64,000 bases of DNA, taken from assembly GCA_964356355.1 (NCBI GenBank), contig CAYHGX010000001.1, positions 68,299 through 132,298 on the forward strand. The letters are read 5' to 3'. The DNA comes from an uncultured Candidatus Peribacteria bacterium (GTDB lineage Bacteria; Patescibacteriota; Gracilibacteria; UBA1369; LOWO2-01-FULL-3). Below are positions 1 to 10,341 of the stretch, in pieces. The translations under genes were made by a program, and so were the position numbers. The notes under the pieces were generated by a model. The model did no database searches, had not been told where the DNA came from, and saw only the letters and a program-made list of their open reading frames with translations. Each line of letters begins with the position of its first letter. Position 1 is the first letter of the stretch.

Positions 1-81
1 TCTCACAATTATAGCAAATTTTGGGTTAAAGGTCAATCTGTTTGAGGTGAGGGCCGTGCTGGTTGAGGGTATATTTCTTGC

Positions 82-741
82 ATGAAGTTACCTTTGATTT
101 TAGTTAATTTTAAATTGTACGAATCTGCCGTGGGGCAGAGGGCTGTGGAGTTGGCGCAAATTCATGAGAGAGTGGCCAAGGAAACCGGGGCTTCGATTGG
201 TGTGTGTGTGAATGCTTTGGATTTGCATCGAGTGGCTTCGGCCGTGAGTATTCCGGTGTTTGCGCAACATGTGGATCCGGTGGCTTATGGTGGCCATACT
301 GGGCATATATCTCCGGATTTGGTGAAGGGGGCGGGAGCTTATGGAACTTTGGTGAATCATGCTGAATGGAAAATTGAAAATGAATATCTTGAGCGAGTAG
401 TGGCGAGATGCAAGGAGGTGGGGCTTTTTACGGTGGTGTGTGCAGAAACTCCGGAAAGAGCCAGGCAGATTTTGGCTTTTGAGCCCGATTTGATAGCGGT
501 GGAGCCGCCAGATTTGATTGGTGGTGAAATTTCGGTGTCTAAGGCGGAACCTAAAATTATTGAGGAGTGTTTGGAGCTTGTGGGTAAGGGTAGGCTTTTG
601 GTGGGTGCGGGCGTAAAGAATGGTGAGGATGTAAGAATTGCCTTGGAGCTTGGTGCGAGTGGTGTGCTTTTGGCTTCTGGAATTACAAAAGCTGCTGATC
701 CTTATGCGGTTTTGATGGATTTAGTGGGTGGGCTGGGGTGA
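82..741 (+). CDS. tpiA: Triosephosphate isomerase, archaeal-type (short class)
   Basis: This 219-aa ORF is colinear with archaeal TIMs. Shared motifs are LILVNFKLY at the N-terminus, GTLVNHAE, IAVEPPDLIGG..SVSKA and GAGVKNGEDV..LELGASGVLLASG. The length matches the ~220-aa archaeal class rather than the ~250-aa bacterial one. Confidence 0.9.
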   Translation: MKLPLILVNFKLYESAVGQRAVELAQIHERVAKETGASIGVCVNALDLHRVASAVSIPVFAQHVDPVAYGGHTGHISPDLVKGAGAYGTLVNHAEWKIENEYLERVVARCKEVGLFTVVCAETPERARQILAFEPDLIAVEPPDLIGGEISVSKAEPKIIEECLELVGKGRLLVGAGVKNGEDVRIALELGASGVLLASGITKAADPYAVLMDLVGGLG

Positions 742-2091
742 TCGTATTCCTATTAATTTTGCAATTTTCCTGAAAAATGCTTTTACCCTGGACCTGAGGG
801 TTGGTGGCGGAGTTATCTTTTCTACTTCAACTTCAACTTTTGTTCGCTGTGGTTCTTCAATGTTGGAAATCGAGGTGCATCTTCCCACTAGTGTGTAAAA
901 TGGTTCTACTAACCTTAAATCTGGGTCATGTTTGACTGCGATTTTTGCCAGGTCTCGGGCCAGTACGTATTCGTTTTTGGTTCGTTTGTTTGGGTCTAGA
1001 TCTAACAGTTTAGTTATTATTTCTTTGAGTTCTTCGTCGCAATTTAGAGCATCCAGCTTGGTTTTTATAACTTCTCTGAATTTGATTGAGCCTGATGGTT
1101 TTTCTTGGGCGTTTTTTTTAATATTTCCGTATAGGTTAGTTAATGAGAATAAGTGGTATTCATTTAGCAGTGGGGCGAGTTTTTCTTTTGCTTGGTCTAG
1201 GCGTTTTTGTAGTTGCGTGCGGATTTCTTCCGGGTCTTCCGTGAGCCAGAGGGAGTAGATTTCTTCTGGTGTTAATTGTAGTCTTCTTATTGTTTCTTCA
1301 ACTACTTTTTTGTTTGATTCCGGATCGATACGGTCGGCTGAGAGGTAAATGATTTCATCAATATATGAGAGATATGTTGTGAGGTATGGGATTTTGCTAT
1401 GGTCTCTGAGCCATTCGTCATGGTCTGAAATCTTGAACATTCGTTCTGTTTTTAGGCATTCCCAAATTATTATGCCAAGAGCGAACAGGTCGGATTCGCA
1501 TTTGTTTTGAATTAGAAAATAGGCCTCAGGGGCCATGTAGCTTGGGCTACCGATCAATGCTCCTTTTACCTCTTCCAGTGGTTTTTTTTGGTCGCTTGCT
1601 AGTCCGAAATCTAAGATTTTAACGCGTCCTGTGCTGGGTTCAAATACTATGTTGTCGTGTTTGAGATCACGGTGGACAATTCCAAATGAGTGCATTTTGT
1701 TTAGTGCTAGGGCCAATTCAGCGGCTATTTGGGCTATTTCACCTTGGCTTAATGGGCCTAGGTTGTTGACTCTGTCTCTAAGAGTGTAGGAACTTAGCTT
1801 TTCCATTACAATCACGCTTTGAACCCTCTCTTGTCTTTCTTCGCCACGGGCATTTTGGATGGCGAGAGTGGCATTGCGAATGATTTTTTCTACCAGTGGG
1901 AAGGCTGGGTGTCCGCTTAGCGACAATGCTGTGTGGGTTTCATTTTCAAATCTTTGCTGGGTGATTGTGGAGCTGGCAAGGTTGGGTTTGACGAATTTCC
2001 CAACGGTTGGGGGGGCGGGTGGTGGTGTTATTAAATCTACCACTTCTCCCATTCCTCCGCTGTTGAGCTCTCTTGCTGCTAAAGGGGGCAT
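721..2091 (-). CDS. Hanks-type Ser/Thr protein kinase with uncharacterised C-terminal region
   Basis: Kinase motifs are present: Gly-rich loop SGGMGEV, catalytic loop HRDLKHDNIV, DFGLA and SPSYMAPE. The C-terminal ~190 aa has no recognisable domain. Its 3' end overlaps tpiA convergently by 21 nt. Confidence 0.85.
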   Translation of the reverse strand: MPPLAARELNSGGMGEVVDLITPPPAPPTVGKFVKPNLASSTITQQRFENETHTALSLSGHPAFPLVEKIIRNATLAIQNARGEERQERVQSVIVMEKLSSYTLRDRVNNLGPLSQGEIAQIAAELALALNKMHSFGIVHRDLKHDNIVFEPSTGRVKILDFGLASDQKKPLEEVKGALIGSPSYMAPEAYFLIQNKCESDLFALGIIIWECLKTERMFKISDHDEWLRDHSKIPYLTTYLSYIDEIIYLSADRIDPESNKKVVEETIRRLQLTPEEIYSLWLTEDPEEIRTQLQKRLDQAKEKLAPLLNEYHLFSLTNLYGNIKKNAQEKPSGSIKFREVIKTKLDALNCDEELKEIITKLLDLDPNKRTKNEYVLARDLAKIAVKHDPDLRLVEPFYTLVGRCTSISNIEEPQRTKVEVEVEKITPPPTLRSRVKAFFRKIAKLIGIRSPQPTH

Positions 2092-2114
2092 TGGGCATCA
2101 TTACGATGCCGTAT

Positions 2115-3305
2115 TTAATCATGTTTAGGGCGGCTTGTCAATAGTGCCATTTCGGCGAAGAGCATGAGTAGGAATAGCATGTCGTTTTTGAAGAAGGGGG
2201 TGTCGATGAGGCCGTGGATGAGGAAATAAAGACAAATGCAGGCCGCAGGGGTGCGGAGGTTTTTGAGGAGATATACTGTGAAAAGTAGTAAGGCGGCGAG
2301 GCCGGCGATGCCATAATTGAAGATAAAGAGTAGAAAAATATTGTGAGGCTGAAGGACTATGTAGTCGAGGGGTTCGTGGCCGAGGGCTTTTTTGACCGTG
2401 GTGGCGTAATTTTCCTGGAATTGGCCGAGGCCCAGGCCGAAAAGGATACTTTCTTTAGGGTCCTGGAGTAACTGGGCCGAGGTTTGCCAGATTTCACCGC
2501 GTTCGTCTAGGCTGGAGTTGGTGTATTTAAGGGTGGGTAATATTTTCATCTGAAAAATGGTGCCAAAAATGGCTATGGCAATTAGGCTGAGCATGATTTT
2601 CGTGGTTTTGTTTTTTATGATTTCTACTTTGCTCTGAGTGAAAATATAGATGGTGATTACGATAAAGGAGCCAGCGACAGAGCCCATGGAGCGGGTGGCT
2701 AAAATGAGGAGGCCTAGGGTGATGGCGGGGAGAAGGGGCCGAGCGAGCGTAGCGAGCGAGGCATTTTTGGCTTGTAATTTAATTGTTTCGAAGGTGAAAA
2801 ATAGAAAAAATGGTGTGAGGTAGTAGCCAAGATATACGGCGGCATCTAATGGGCCGAGGAGACGGTGGTCTAGGGCTACATTGTGGCCGGTGAGGTTGAA
2901 TATTAACGAGAATAGGCCAAATGCGAGAGCTCCGTAGCCTCCTACTCTTATAAGGTTTTTTCTTTCTTGATCCGTTTTGAAGGTCTCGAGGGAGATAAAG
3001 GTGAGGAGGGCTGCAAAGAAGGTGAATTTCAGATAGTGAAGTAGGTCTGAGCGGTTTTCGATGGGCACTAAGGTGCTAAAAACAATTGCTCCAACTATAA
3101 AAAAGCCAATAACTTTGTATCTGGCCAGATTTTTTATTTTTGTAATAAATTGTCCATTTTTGATCGTTAATATCAAAAAGGCTAAGGTTGCGCTAAAGAT
3201 GAGGATTTCCTGGAGGTTGCTTGGATAGCTGCCAAGGCTGAATCTCACCAGGTAGCTCTGGAGGAAAAATAGATTTAGATAGATGAGGATTTGAAGTACT
3301 CTCAT
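2115..3305 (-). CDS. Polytopic membrane protein, O-antigen ligase/Wzy_C-like
   Basis: The 396-aa ORF has about 10 or more hydrophobic segments and a central loop (..ATRSMGSVAGSF..) resembling the Wzy_C/O-antigen ligase family. The assignment rests on composition and this motif only. Confidence 0.5.
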   Translation of the reverse strand: MRVLQILIYLNLFFLQSYLVRFSLGSYPSNLQEILIFSATLAFLILTIKNGQFITKIKNLARYKVIGFFIVGAIVFSTLVPIENRSDLLHYLKFTFFAALLTFISLETFKTDQERKNLIRVGGYGALAFGLFSLIFNLTGHNVALDHRLLGPLDAAVYLGYYLTPFFLFFTFETIKLQAKNASLATLARPLLPAITLGLLILATRSMGSVAGSFIVITIYIFTQSKVEIIKNKTTKIMLSLIAIAIFGTIFQMKILPTLKYTNSSLDERGEIWQTSAQLLQDPKESILFGLGLGQFQENYATTVKKALGHEPLDYIVLQPHNIFLLFIFNYGIAGLAALLLFTVYLLKNLRTPAACICLYFLIHGLIDTPFFKNDMLFLLMLFAEMALLTSRPKHD

Positions 3306-3317
3306 GTAGAGGAGTCT

Positions 3318-3707
3318 ATGGTATATTTGCCGGGTATGGAAGTAATTATTGGAAAAGTAGTTAGTGGACGGGGTGTTGGGAGGATAATGGGTTTTCCTAC
3401 GCTTAATATTCCTTATAGTGGAGTGCTTTCTGGTGTTTTTGCTGCGAAAGTGAAAATCGGTACTGAAGAGTATTTGGCGGCGGTGAACTTGGGTGGGCGT
3501 CCGACTTTTGATGATGCAGTGCCTTTGTGTGAGGCCTTTTTATTAAATTGTGGAGAGGAGTTTATTGTTGAGGATGAGGTGGAGATAGAGGTGAATTTGT
3601 TGAGAAAGGTGAGGGAAGTTGAGAAGTTTAAAGATATGGACGCTTTGGCGTTGCAGATTTCCAAGGATGTGAAAGAAATTAAAAGTTGGTATAATCTCGA
3701 TATATGA
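3318..3707 (+). CDS. Riboflavin kinase (stand-alone RibF C-terminal-type domain)
   Basis: Motifs are GKVVSGRGVGRIMGFPTLNI, GVF.AKV, NLGGRPTF and an EKF...L..QI..D tail. The start is ambiguous: TTG 3291, ATG 3318 (GGAG only 3 nt upstream) or ATG 3336. The stop overlaps the murE start. Confidence 0.8.
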   Translation: MVYLPGMEVIIGKVVSGRGVGRIMGFPTLNIPYSGVLSGVFAAKVKIGTEEYLAAVNLGGRPTFDDAVPLCEAFLLNCGEEFIVEDEVEIEVNLLRKVREVEKFKDMDALALQISKDVKEIKSWYNLDI

Positions 3708-5008
3708 TGAATTTTTTAAGAAAACTTTTTCCCGAGCGCAGCCCTTTTAGGCTTTTGTATCATAAGCTTATGGGTTTTGTGGCGGCGGTGTGGTATGGCT
3801 TTCCGGCCAATCATATGATTGTGATCGGTGTAACTGGAACCAATGGGAAAACTACGACTGTTAATCTTATTACTAATATTTTGAATGAGGCGGGGTTTAA
3901 GGTGGGAATGAGCTCAACTATTAATTTTCAAATTGGTGATAAAAGGTGGAATAACGATACGAAACAAAGTACTCAGGGGCCTTTTGTGTTGCAGCGAATG
4001 CTGAAGCAGATGTTGAAAAACGGTGTGCGGTACGCGGTAATTGAGGTGACTTCTCATGCGATTGATCAGTCTCGTGTGTATGGTGTGAATTTTGATGTAG
4101 CGTTGATTACTAATGTTACCCCGGATCATGTGGAGTATCATGGTGGATTTAATAATTATTTGAATACTAAGGCTGAGCTTTTCGGAAAGGTGTCCAAGGG
4201 TAAACGAAAATTTGGTATCCAGAAGGTGTTTGTACTCAACAGTGACGATGAATATTATAGTGTTTTTAATCAATTTGTGGCCGATTTGAAGATTACTTAT
4301 GGTTTGAAAAATTCTACTGTTTATGCGGAAAACGTGGTGCAGAAGCCTGAAGGTTCGAAGTTTGTTTTGCATGTGCCCAACAATGCTGTGGAAGTGGAAT
4401 TGGGAATGCCGGGCGAGTTTAATGTGTACAATGCCTTGGCCGCGGCAGCGGCGTGTGTGGCTTTGCAGGTGCCATTGGAAGTTGTGAAAAGGGGGTTGGA
4501 AGGAAGTGGCACTGTGCCTGGAAGATTTGAACATGTGAATGCGGGTCAAAAATTCAGTGTGATAGTGGATTATGCTCATGCTAGTGATGCTTTAGAGAAT
4601 TTGTTGAGTTTGTATCGCAGGTTAACTCCTGGGCGGCTTTTTGCGGTTTATGGTGCAACTGGTGGCGGAAGGGATAAGGGCAAGAGAGCCAGAATGGGTG
4701 AAATTGGTAACGAGTTTGCTGATGTGGTGATACTTACAGATGATGACCCATATAGTGAGGATGAACTACAAATTATAGATCAGCTGGCGCAGGGGGTGAA
4801 ACGCGAAGAAGGTAAGGGGTTTTGGAAGATTCCGGATCGGCGTGAGGCGATTCGTTTGGCGCTTTCTATGGCTAAGGAAGGGGATTGTGTTGTGGTGAGT
4901 GGAAAGGGAGCGGAAGAGGTGATGATGGTGCGTGGAAAAAAGATTAAATGGAGTGATAGGCAAGTAATTACTGAATTGATTAAAAAACCTTTGGAGGTAG
5001 CGATATGA
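3704..5008 (+). CDS. murE: Mur ligase, MurE-like (UDP-MurNAc-tripeptide synthetase) with short N-terminus
   Basis: The P-loop GVTGTNGKTTT lies at residue ~43. Other MurE motifs are TSH, DYAH, GGGRDKGKR and SGKGAEE at the C-terminus. The position of the DNPR motif reads DDPY. Confidence 0.8.
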   Translation: MMNFLRKLFPERSPFRLLYHKLMGFVAAVWYGFPANHMIVIGVTGTNGKTTTVNLITNILNEAGFKVGMSSTINFQIGDKRWNNDTKQSTQGPFVLQRMLKQMLKNGVRYAVIEVTSHAIDQSRVYGVNFDVALITNVTPDHVEYHGGFNNYLNTKAELFGKVSKGKRKFGIQKVFVLNSDDEYYSVFNQFVADLKITYGLKNSTVYAENVVQKPEGSKFVLHVPNNAVEVELGMPGEFNVYNALAAAAACVALQVPLEVVKRGLEGSGTVPGRFEHVNAGQKFSVIVDYAHASDALENLLSLYRRLTPGRLFAVYGATGGGRDKGKRARMGEIGNEFADVVILTDDDPYSEDELQIIDQLAQGVKREEGKGFWKIPDRREAIRLALSMAKEGDCVVVSGKGAEEVMMVRGKKIKWSDRQVITELIKKPLEVAI

Positions 5009-5862
5009 ATGGATTTGTGTTTGTAGATAAGGAAAAGGGTATGACTTCTTTTGACGTGGTGGCTGGTGTTCGGCGGGCTTGTGGAGTGAGGAGAGTGGGA
5101 CATGCGGGGACGTTGGATCCTTTGGCAACAGGCCTATTAATTGTGGCAATTGGTGAAGGTACGAAATTATTGGAGTATTTGCTTGGTCAGGATAAGGAGT
5201 ATTTGGTAAAGGCTCGATTTGGTGCGGTTTCTGATACTTTTGATGCTGAGGGGGATATTACCAATATTTCGAATTCAATGTTGGGACGGGATAATGTGGA
5301 AAAGGCGATGGAGTCTTTTAGAGGGCTTATTTTACAGGTGCCTCCTAGGTACTCAGCTTTAAAGATTGGTGGTAAACGAGCCTGTGACTTGGTGCGTGAA
5401 GGTAAGGAGGTGGAGATGAAGGGTAGAGAGGTGGAGATTTTGGGATTTGAGATAGAAAAATTTAGTTGGCCGGTGGTGGATTTTAGGGTGAAGTGTGGAT
5501 CGGGAACATATATTCGTTCTTTGGTACATGACCTGGGCCAGGCATTGGGCTGTGGAGCTTATGTAGAGGAATTGAGGCGCACTGAAATAGGTGTATTTTC
5601 CTTAGATGATGCGGTTTTACTGGGAGAGCTGAGTAAGAATGTTGAACAGTACGTTCTGGCTCTTGAAGATATCGCTGGGGAATTTTCTAAAATTGAATTG
5701 GTGGCTGAGGAAATGGAGAAACTTGCTGATGGAAGGACCCTTTTGGGCAAGAAAATTGATCAGGGTGGGGTTTTGATGGCTTTCCGTGGAGGTAAATTTG
5801 TTGGTGTATTAGAAAACTCCCCTCAGGGGGGAGTTAAATTTCGCAAGTTGATTGTGGGGTGA
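5005..5862 (+). CDS. truB: tRNA pseudouridine-55 synthase
   Basis: The catalytic motif GHAGTLDPLATGLL is present, followed by a TruB-like core and a PUA-like tail. Its start overlaps the murE stop by 4 nt (ATGA). Confidence 0.9.
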   Translation: MNGFVFVDKEKGMTSFDVVAGVRRACGVRRVGHAGTLDPLATGLLIVAIGEGTKLLEYLLGQDKEYLVKARFGAVSDTFDAEGDITNISNSMLGRDNVEKAMESFRGLILQVPPRYSALKIGGKRACDLVREGKEVEMKGREVEILGFEIEKFSWPVVDFRVKCGSGTYIRSLVHDLGQALGCGAYVEELRRTEIGVFSLDDAVLLGELSKNVEQYVLALEDIAGEFSKIELVAEEMEKLADGRTLLGKKIDQGGVLMAFRGGKFVGVLENSPQGGVKFRKLIVG

Positions 5863-5864
5863 GG

Positions 5865-6122
5865 TTAGGGAGAGAGAGTCTCTGCTATTTCTGTGCGGGT
5901 ATAATGGACTCCTTCTTCTAGGCCTGCGGCATCTGCGAGCTCTTGGGCGTTGGCGGCACCTGCCATGATGGCTTTATAGGCTTTTATAGCTGGAGTTTCG
6001 GTGGCTTGTGCTGGCGACCAGGTTTGTTGGATTGGTTGATTGGCAATTCTTACTACATCTGCTCCGCTATGTATCGATGGGCTAGAGAGGCGTTCTGGAA
6101 AGTTTTTTAATGCTAATGCCAT
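5865..6122 (-). CDS. Hypothetical small protein (weak call)
   Basis: This 85-aa ORF is alone in an otherwise non-coding gap. It has no obvious Shine-Dalgarno sequence and no recognisable motif. Confidence 0.25.
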   Translation of the reverse strand: MALALKNFPERLSSPSIHSGADVVRIANQPIQQTWSPAQATETPAIKAYKAIMAGAANAQELADAAGLEEGVHYTRTEIAETLSP

Positions 6123-6262
6123 TTTAATTTGGTTATATGGTTGATGTATGGCGATCTTAGCAGTAACAGGAGCAAGTGTGAATTAATGGCTAGATGAAGT
6201 TGCCTCTTGTGGGGAAAAGCCTTTTTGTGTAACAATCTTGGGCGATTAGAAAAGTATTCTTT

Positions 6263-7303
6263 ATGATGAATCAATATTTTTGGATAGCGGTTTTTGCCCT
6301 GATCTTGGTGGTTGTTTTAACAGGTTTTGCTTTGAAGTTGTTTCCGCGGTGGGGGTTAATGGATCGTCCTGAAAAATATGGATTGAAGCGTGCGTCGATT
6401 CCTTATTATGGTGGACTGGTGCTTTATCTGGCTTTTTTGGCTTGTGTATTGGCCTTTGTGCCGTTGGAAAGGCACGTTGTGGGGTTGATGAGTGGGGCTA
6501 CTTTGATTGTAGTGGTTGGTTTTTTGGATGATTTGTTTTCTTTAAATCCCTTTATACGACTTTTTGCTCAAGCTGTTGCTGCTTTGTTGCTAGCTTTTTT
6601 TGGAATTGGTATTTTGTCGATCAATTTGCCCTTTTTGGGGGTGTTGGACTTGAATCATTGGATTGTGAATGGAGTGCCGATTTTGGCTGTGTTGTTTACT
6701 ATTTTTTGGGTAATGATGATTGTGAATGCGATGAATTTTGTGGATGGAGTAAGCGGAATTAATAGTGGAGTGAGTGCAGTGGCTGGAATTACGATGTTTT
6801 TTCTTAGTATTAATCCCTTGTTGCACGAGAATTTGGCTTCCCAGCATAGCGTGGCGTTGATTTCTTTGATTTTGGCGATGGTGAGCCTTGGGTATTTGTT
6901 TTTTGACTTTCCTCGGCCGAAAATTTTGATGGGGGATACAGGCAGTACTTTTTTGGGTTTTTTAATTGCGACTTTGGCGATTTTTTCTGGCGGAAAGGTG
7001 GCTACGGCTTTTTTGGTCATTGGGCTGCCAATTTTGGATATGGTTTGGGTGGTTGGGCGTAGGATTTTAAGTGGGCAGAAATTTTGGAAGGGTGATTTAA
7101 AGCATCTTCATCATCGATTAATGGATCGTGGCTTTTCTGAGCGCAAAGTGGTCTTTTTTTATTTAGTGGTAACTGCGGTGTTTGGTTTTTCGGCTGTGCA
7201 CTTGGTGAGTAGTCAGCAGAAGTTTTTTGTATTGATTGCCTTGGTTTTAATGATGTTGCTGTTGGCCTTTTTCCTGATATTTTTGCCAAAGCGGAGCAGG
7301 TAG
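6263..7303 (+). CDS. Glycosyltransferase family 4, WecA/TagO-like undecaprenyl-phosphate sugar-1-phosphate transferase
   Basis: The protein has about 10 TM segments. Motifs are MDRPEKYGLKR..IPYYGG, NAMNFVDGVSGI and DLKHLHHRLMDRGFSE, which match the WecA type rather than the MraY type (no PTMGG or HHHFE). Confidence 0.85.
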   Translation: MMNQYFWIAVFALILVVVLTGFALKLFPRWGLMDRPEKYGLKRASIPYYGGLVLYLAFLACVLAFVPLERHVVGLMSGATLIVVVGFLDDLFSLNPFIRLFAQAVAALLLAFFGIGILSINLPFLGVLDLNHWIVNGVPILAVLFTIFWVMMIVNAMNFVDGVSGINSGVSAVAGITMFFLSINPLLHENLASQHSVALISLILAMVSLGYLFFDFPRPKILMGDTGSTFLGFLIATLAIFSGGKVATAFLVIGLPILDMVWVVGRRILSGQKFWKGDLKHLHHRLMDRGFSERKVVFFYLVVTAVFGFSAVHLVSSQQKFFVLIALVLMMLLLAFFLIFLPKRSR

Positions 7304-7356
7304 TTGTTTGCGGGGAGATTTTGCGCTATAACGTGTAGGCTTTTTAACAAGCTTTA

Positions 7357-9120
7357 ATGGCAGATACGGTTGAAGAAATAAAGGCGAGATTGAGTATTGT
7401 GGACGTTGTTTCACAGTACGTTCAGTTGAAGAAGATGGGGAATAGTTATAAGGGGCTTTGTCCTTTTCATAGTGAGAAAACTCCGAGTTTTGTGGTGAGC
7501 CTGGAGAAGCAAATTTGTCATTGTTTTGGCTGTAATAAGGGTGGGGATATTTTTACCTTTGTACAGGAGTTAGAAGGGGTGAGCTTTTCGGAGGCCCTAG
7601 ATATACTGGCAGATCGTGCCGGAGTGAAGGTGGAAAAGGTGTCGATGGCTAAGGTGAGGGAGAATAAGAGTGAAAAGGATGAATATTATTTTGCTAATGA
7701 ATTGGCTTGTGATTTTTTTGTTAAACATTTAAAGGAGACTAATGATGGTAAAAAGGTGATTGATTATTTGCATCGAAGGGGCCTTAATGATGAGACGATT
7801 GAGGAATTTAGGGTAGGATTTGCTCCCGATAGTTATGATGCGTTGAATGTTTATTTGCAGGAAAAGGGCGTGAGTAAGACGGTTTTGCATAAATCTGGAT
7901 TTGTTTCGGCTAAGAATTTGGCTTCGGATCAGGTTTATGACAAGTTTCGAGGAAGGTTGATGTTTCCGATTATGAATCAGGCGGGCAAGGTGTGTGGTTT
8001 CGGTGGTCGGGCTTTGAAGGCCGACCAGATGCCAAAATACTTAAATTCTCCTGAGAATGTTGTTTATAATAAAAGTCAGATTCTTTTTGGTATGGATAGG
8101 GCGAAGGTGGATGTGAAGAAGGAGGGTTTTGTGGTTCTTGTTGAGGGTTATTTCGATATGATCATGCCTTATCAGGAGGGCGTGCGAAATGTGGTAGCTA
8201 CGTGCGGAACGGCTCTTACTGCGCAACAGGCAAAGCAAATTAAAAAGCTCACGAGTAGTGTTGTTAGTAGTTTCGACAACGATAATGCGGGATTTGAGGC
8301 AACAAAAAGGGCCTATGCTGTGCTTCGGGCTGAGGATATTTCGATGAAATCAGTTGAAAATTTAACAGGTAAGGACCCGGCTGATCAGGTGCGTGAGGAT
8401 GCGGAAAAATTTAGAGGGATGATTAAGGGTGCTCATGATTTTGTGGTGTTCTTGATAGAGAAATTGGCAAAGAGTAATGATGTAAATACATTTGAAGGTA
8501 GAGATGCGATTGTGCGAGAGGTGATGCCTTTTTGTAAGGAAATGGCTGGTACTACGAAGGATCTTTTTGTGAGGGAGTTGGCCTCTAGGCTTAAGATTGG
8601 AGAAAGGGCGCTTTATGAGGAGATTGATAATTATAAGTTGCCGTTAAACCACCCTGCGAGACGTCAATTGGGAGATGGTCCAGTTGAAGCATTGAAATTT
8701 AGTGTTGCTGAAATGATTTTGGCCTTGGTTTTGGAGTTTCCTTTTTTGTTTAAGGATGTAAAAGAAAATATGGGCGAAAAGGATTTTGAGGCTGAGTCTG
8801 AAGATGTTTACAAAGCTCTACTGGATCAGTATAATTCCGCTTGGAAAAATTTCGAGGGCTGGGATTTCGAGAGGCCAGAAATGGCTAACTTGAGACGTAA
8901 AGTAGGGTTGATGAGATTGTACGCAGAGGATAGGTATAGTGTGTTTAATCAGATTGCGCTTGAGCAGGAGATCATAAAACTAATTGACAAGCACAGGGAA
9001 GAGTGCCGAAAGAGCAGAACGGATTTGTTACAAGAGGAGATAATTAAGGCTGAAAACGCGAATGACAAAGAAAAATTGATGCAGCTCCTACGTGAGCAGC
9101 AGGAAATATTATCCAGCTAA
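7357..9120 (+). CDS. dnaG: DNA primase
   Basis: It has a CHC2 zinc finger ([17 protein letters not shown]), a primase core, and a Toprim region (LVEGYFD ... SFDNDNAG). Confidence 0.92.
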   Translation: MADTVEEIKARLSIVDVVSQYVQLKKMGNSYKGLCPFHSEKTPSFVVSLEKQICHCFGCNKGGDIFTFVQELEGVSFSEALDILADRAGVKVEKVSMAKVRENKSEKDEYYFANELACDFFVKHLKETNDGKKVIDYLHRRGLNDETIEEFRVGFAPDSYDALNVYLQEKGVSKTVLHKSGFVSAKNLASDQVYDKFRGRLMFPIMNQAGKVCGFGGRALKADQMPKYLNSPENVVYNKSQILFGMDRAKVDVKKEGFVVLVEGYFDMIMPYQEGVRNVVATCGTALTAQQAKQIKKLTSSVVSSFDNDNAGFEATKRAYAVLRAEDISMKSVENLTGKDPADQVREDAEKFRGMIKGAHDFVVFLIEKLAKSNDVNTFEGRDAIVREVMPFCKEMAGTTKDLFVRELASRLKIGERALYEEIDNYKLPLNHPARRQLGDGPVEALKFSVAEMILALVLEFPFLFKDVKENMGEKDFEAESEDVYKALLDQYNSAWKNFEGWDFERPEMANLRRKVGLMRLYAEDRYSVFNQIALEQEIIKLIDKHREECRKSRTDLLQEEIIKAENANDKEKLMQLLREQQEILSS

Positions 9121-9130
9121 AAAGCAAATT

Positions 9131-10300
9131 ATGGCTAGAACTACAAAGTTTATCGCACAACCTTCAGATGATCAGTTGGCGAATTTCCCAAAGGAAGTAC
9201 AGGACCTCATCAAAAAGGGTAAAGAACAGGGCTTTGTTACTCATCAGGAATTGCTTAAGGCGATGCCAAATATTGAGGAGGATCTTATTCTTTTGGATGA
9301 GATTTATAGCTTATTTATGGATTTGGGTGTGGAGGTGATTGATACCAAGGATGCGATCATGGTGGAGGATGAAGAGTGGAAGAAGACTGAAGAGGCTGCT
9401 CTTGCAGATGAAATTCCTGATTTAACAGCTTCAGCTAGAAAAGAAAAGAAAACACGTGATGAGGCAGAGTTTAAGGAAATTGCTAATGATTCTATTCGCT
9501 TGTACTTGTGTGAAATTGGCCGTGTGCCACTTTTGAGTGCGAAGGAAGAGGTGGAATTGGCCAAGAGGATTGCAAAGGGTGATCAGAGTGCTAAGAGTAA
9601 GTTGGCCGAGGCCAATTTGAGATTGGTTGTGAGTATTGCGAAAAAGTATATTGGCCGAGGACTTTCTTTCCTTGATCTTATCCAGGAGGGAAATATTGGT
9701 TTGTTTAGGGCTGTTGAGAAGTTTGATCCGCATCGTGGATTTAAGTTTTCAACTTATGCGACTTGGTGGATTCGCCAGGCCATTACACGTGCAATTGCTG
9801 ATCAGGCTCGTACTATTCGTATTCCGGTGCACATGGTGGAGACGATTAATAAGCTTACTCATGCACAACGAAGGTTGGTACAGGAGCTTGGTCGTGAGCC
9901 GCTTGTAGAAGAGCTTGCTGCGGAAATGGATATGGATGTAAAGAAGGTGCGACATATTATCAAGATTTCTCAGGATATTGTTTCACTTGAGGCTCCAGTG
10001 GGGACTGAGGAGGACAGTAAATTGGGTGATTTCATTGAAGATGATGAGGCCCTTTCACCTGCTGAATCTACAAATCGTCAGCTTATTAAGGAGAATATTC
10101 ATGAAATGCTTCAATATCTTTCTCCTCGTGAACGAAAAATCATTGAAATGAGATTTGGGCTTAAGGATGGAGTTGGTCACACTTTGGAAGAAGTTGGTCA
10201 GGAATTCCGGGTGACACGTGAACGTATTCGTCAGATTGAGGCGAAGGTTCTTCAAAAACTTAAAGAGCATCCAACGAGTGTAAAGATTCGTCCGCACTAG
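9131..10300 (+). CDS. rpoD: Primary RNA polymerase sigma factor (sigma-70 family)
   Basis: Region 2 ([34 protein letters not shown]), region 3 and region 4 ([19 protein letters not shown]) are all present. I prefer ATG 9131 to the upstream in-frame start at 9092, which overlaps dnaG. Confidence 0.93.
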   Translation: MARTTKFIAQPSDDQLANFPKEVQDLIKKGKEQGFVTHQELLKAMPNIEEDLILLDEIYSLFMDLGVEVIDTKDAIMVEDEEWKKTEEAALADEIPDLTASARKEKKTRDEAEFKEIANDSIRLYLCEIGRVPLLSAKEEVELAKRIAKGDQSAKSKLAEANLRLVVSIAKKYIGRGLSFLDLIQEGNIGLFRAVEKFDPHRGFKFSTYATWWIRQAITRAIADQARTIRIPVHMVETINKLTHAQRRLVQELGREPLVEELAAEMDMDVKKVRHIIKISQDIVSLEAPVGTEEDSKLGDFIEDDEALSPAESTNRQLIKENIHEMLQYLSPRERKIIEMRFGLKDGVGHTLEEVGQEFRVTRERIRQIEAKVLQKLKEHPTSVKIRPH

Positions 10301-10341
10301 GCGTTGTTAATGAAATATTAAAATACTATTAATTTATAAAT

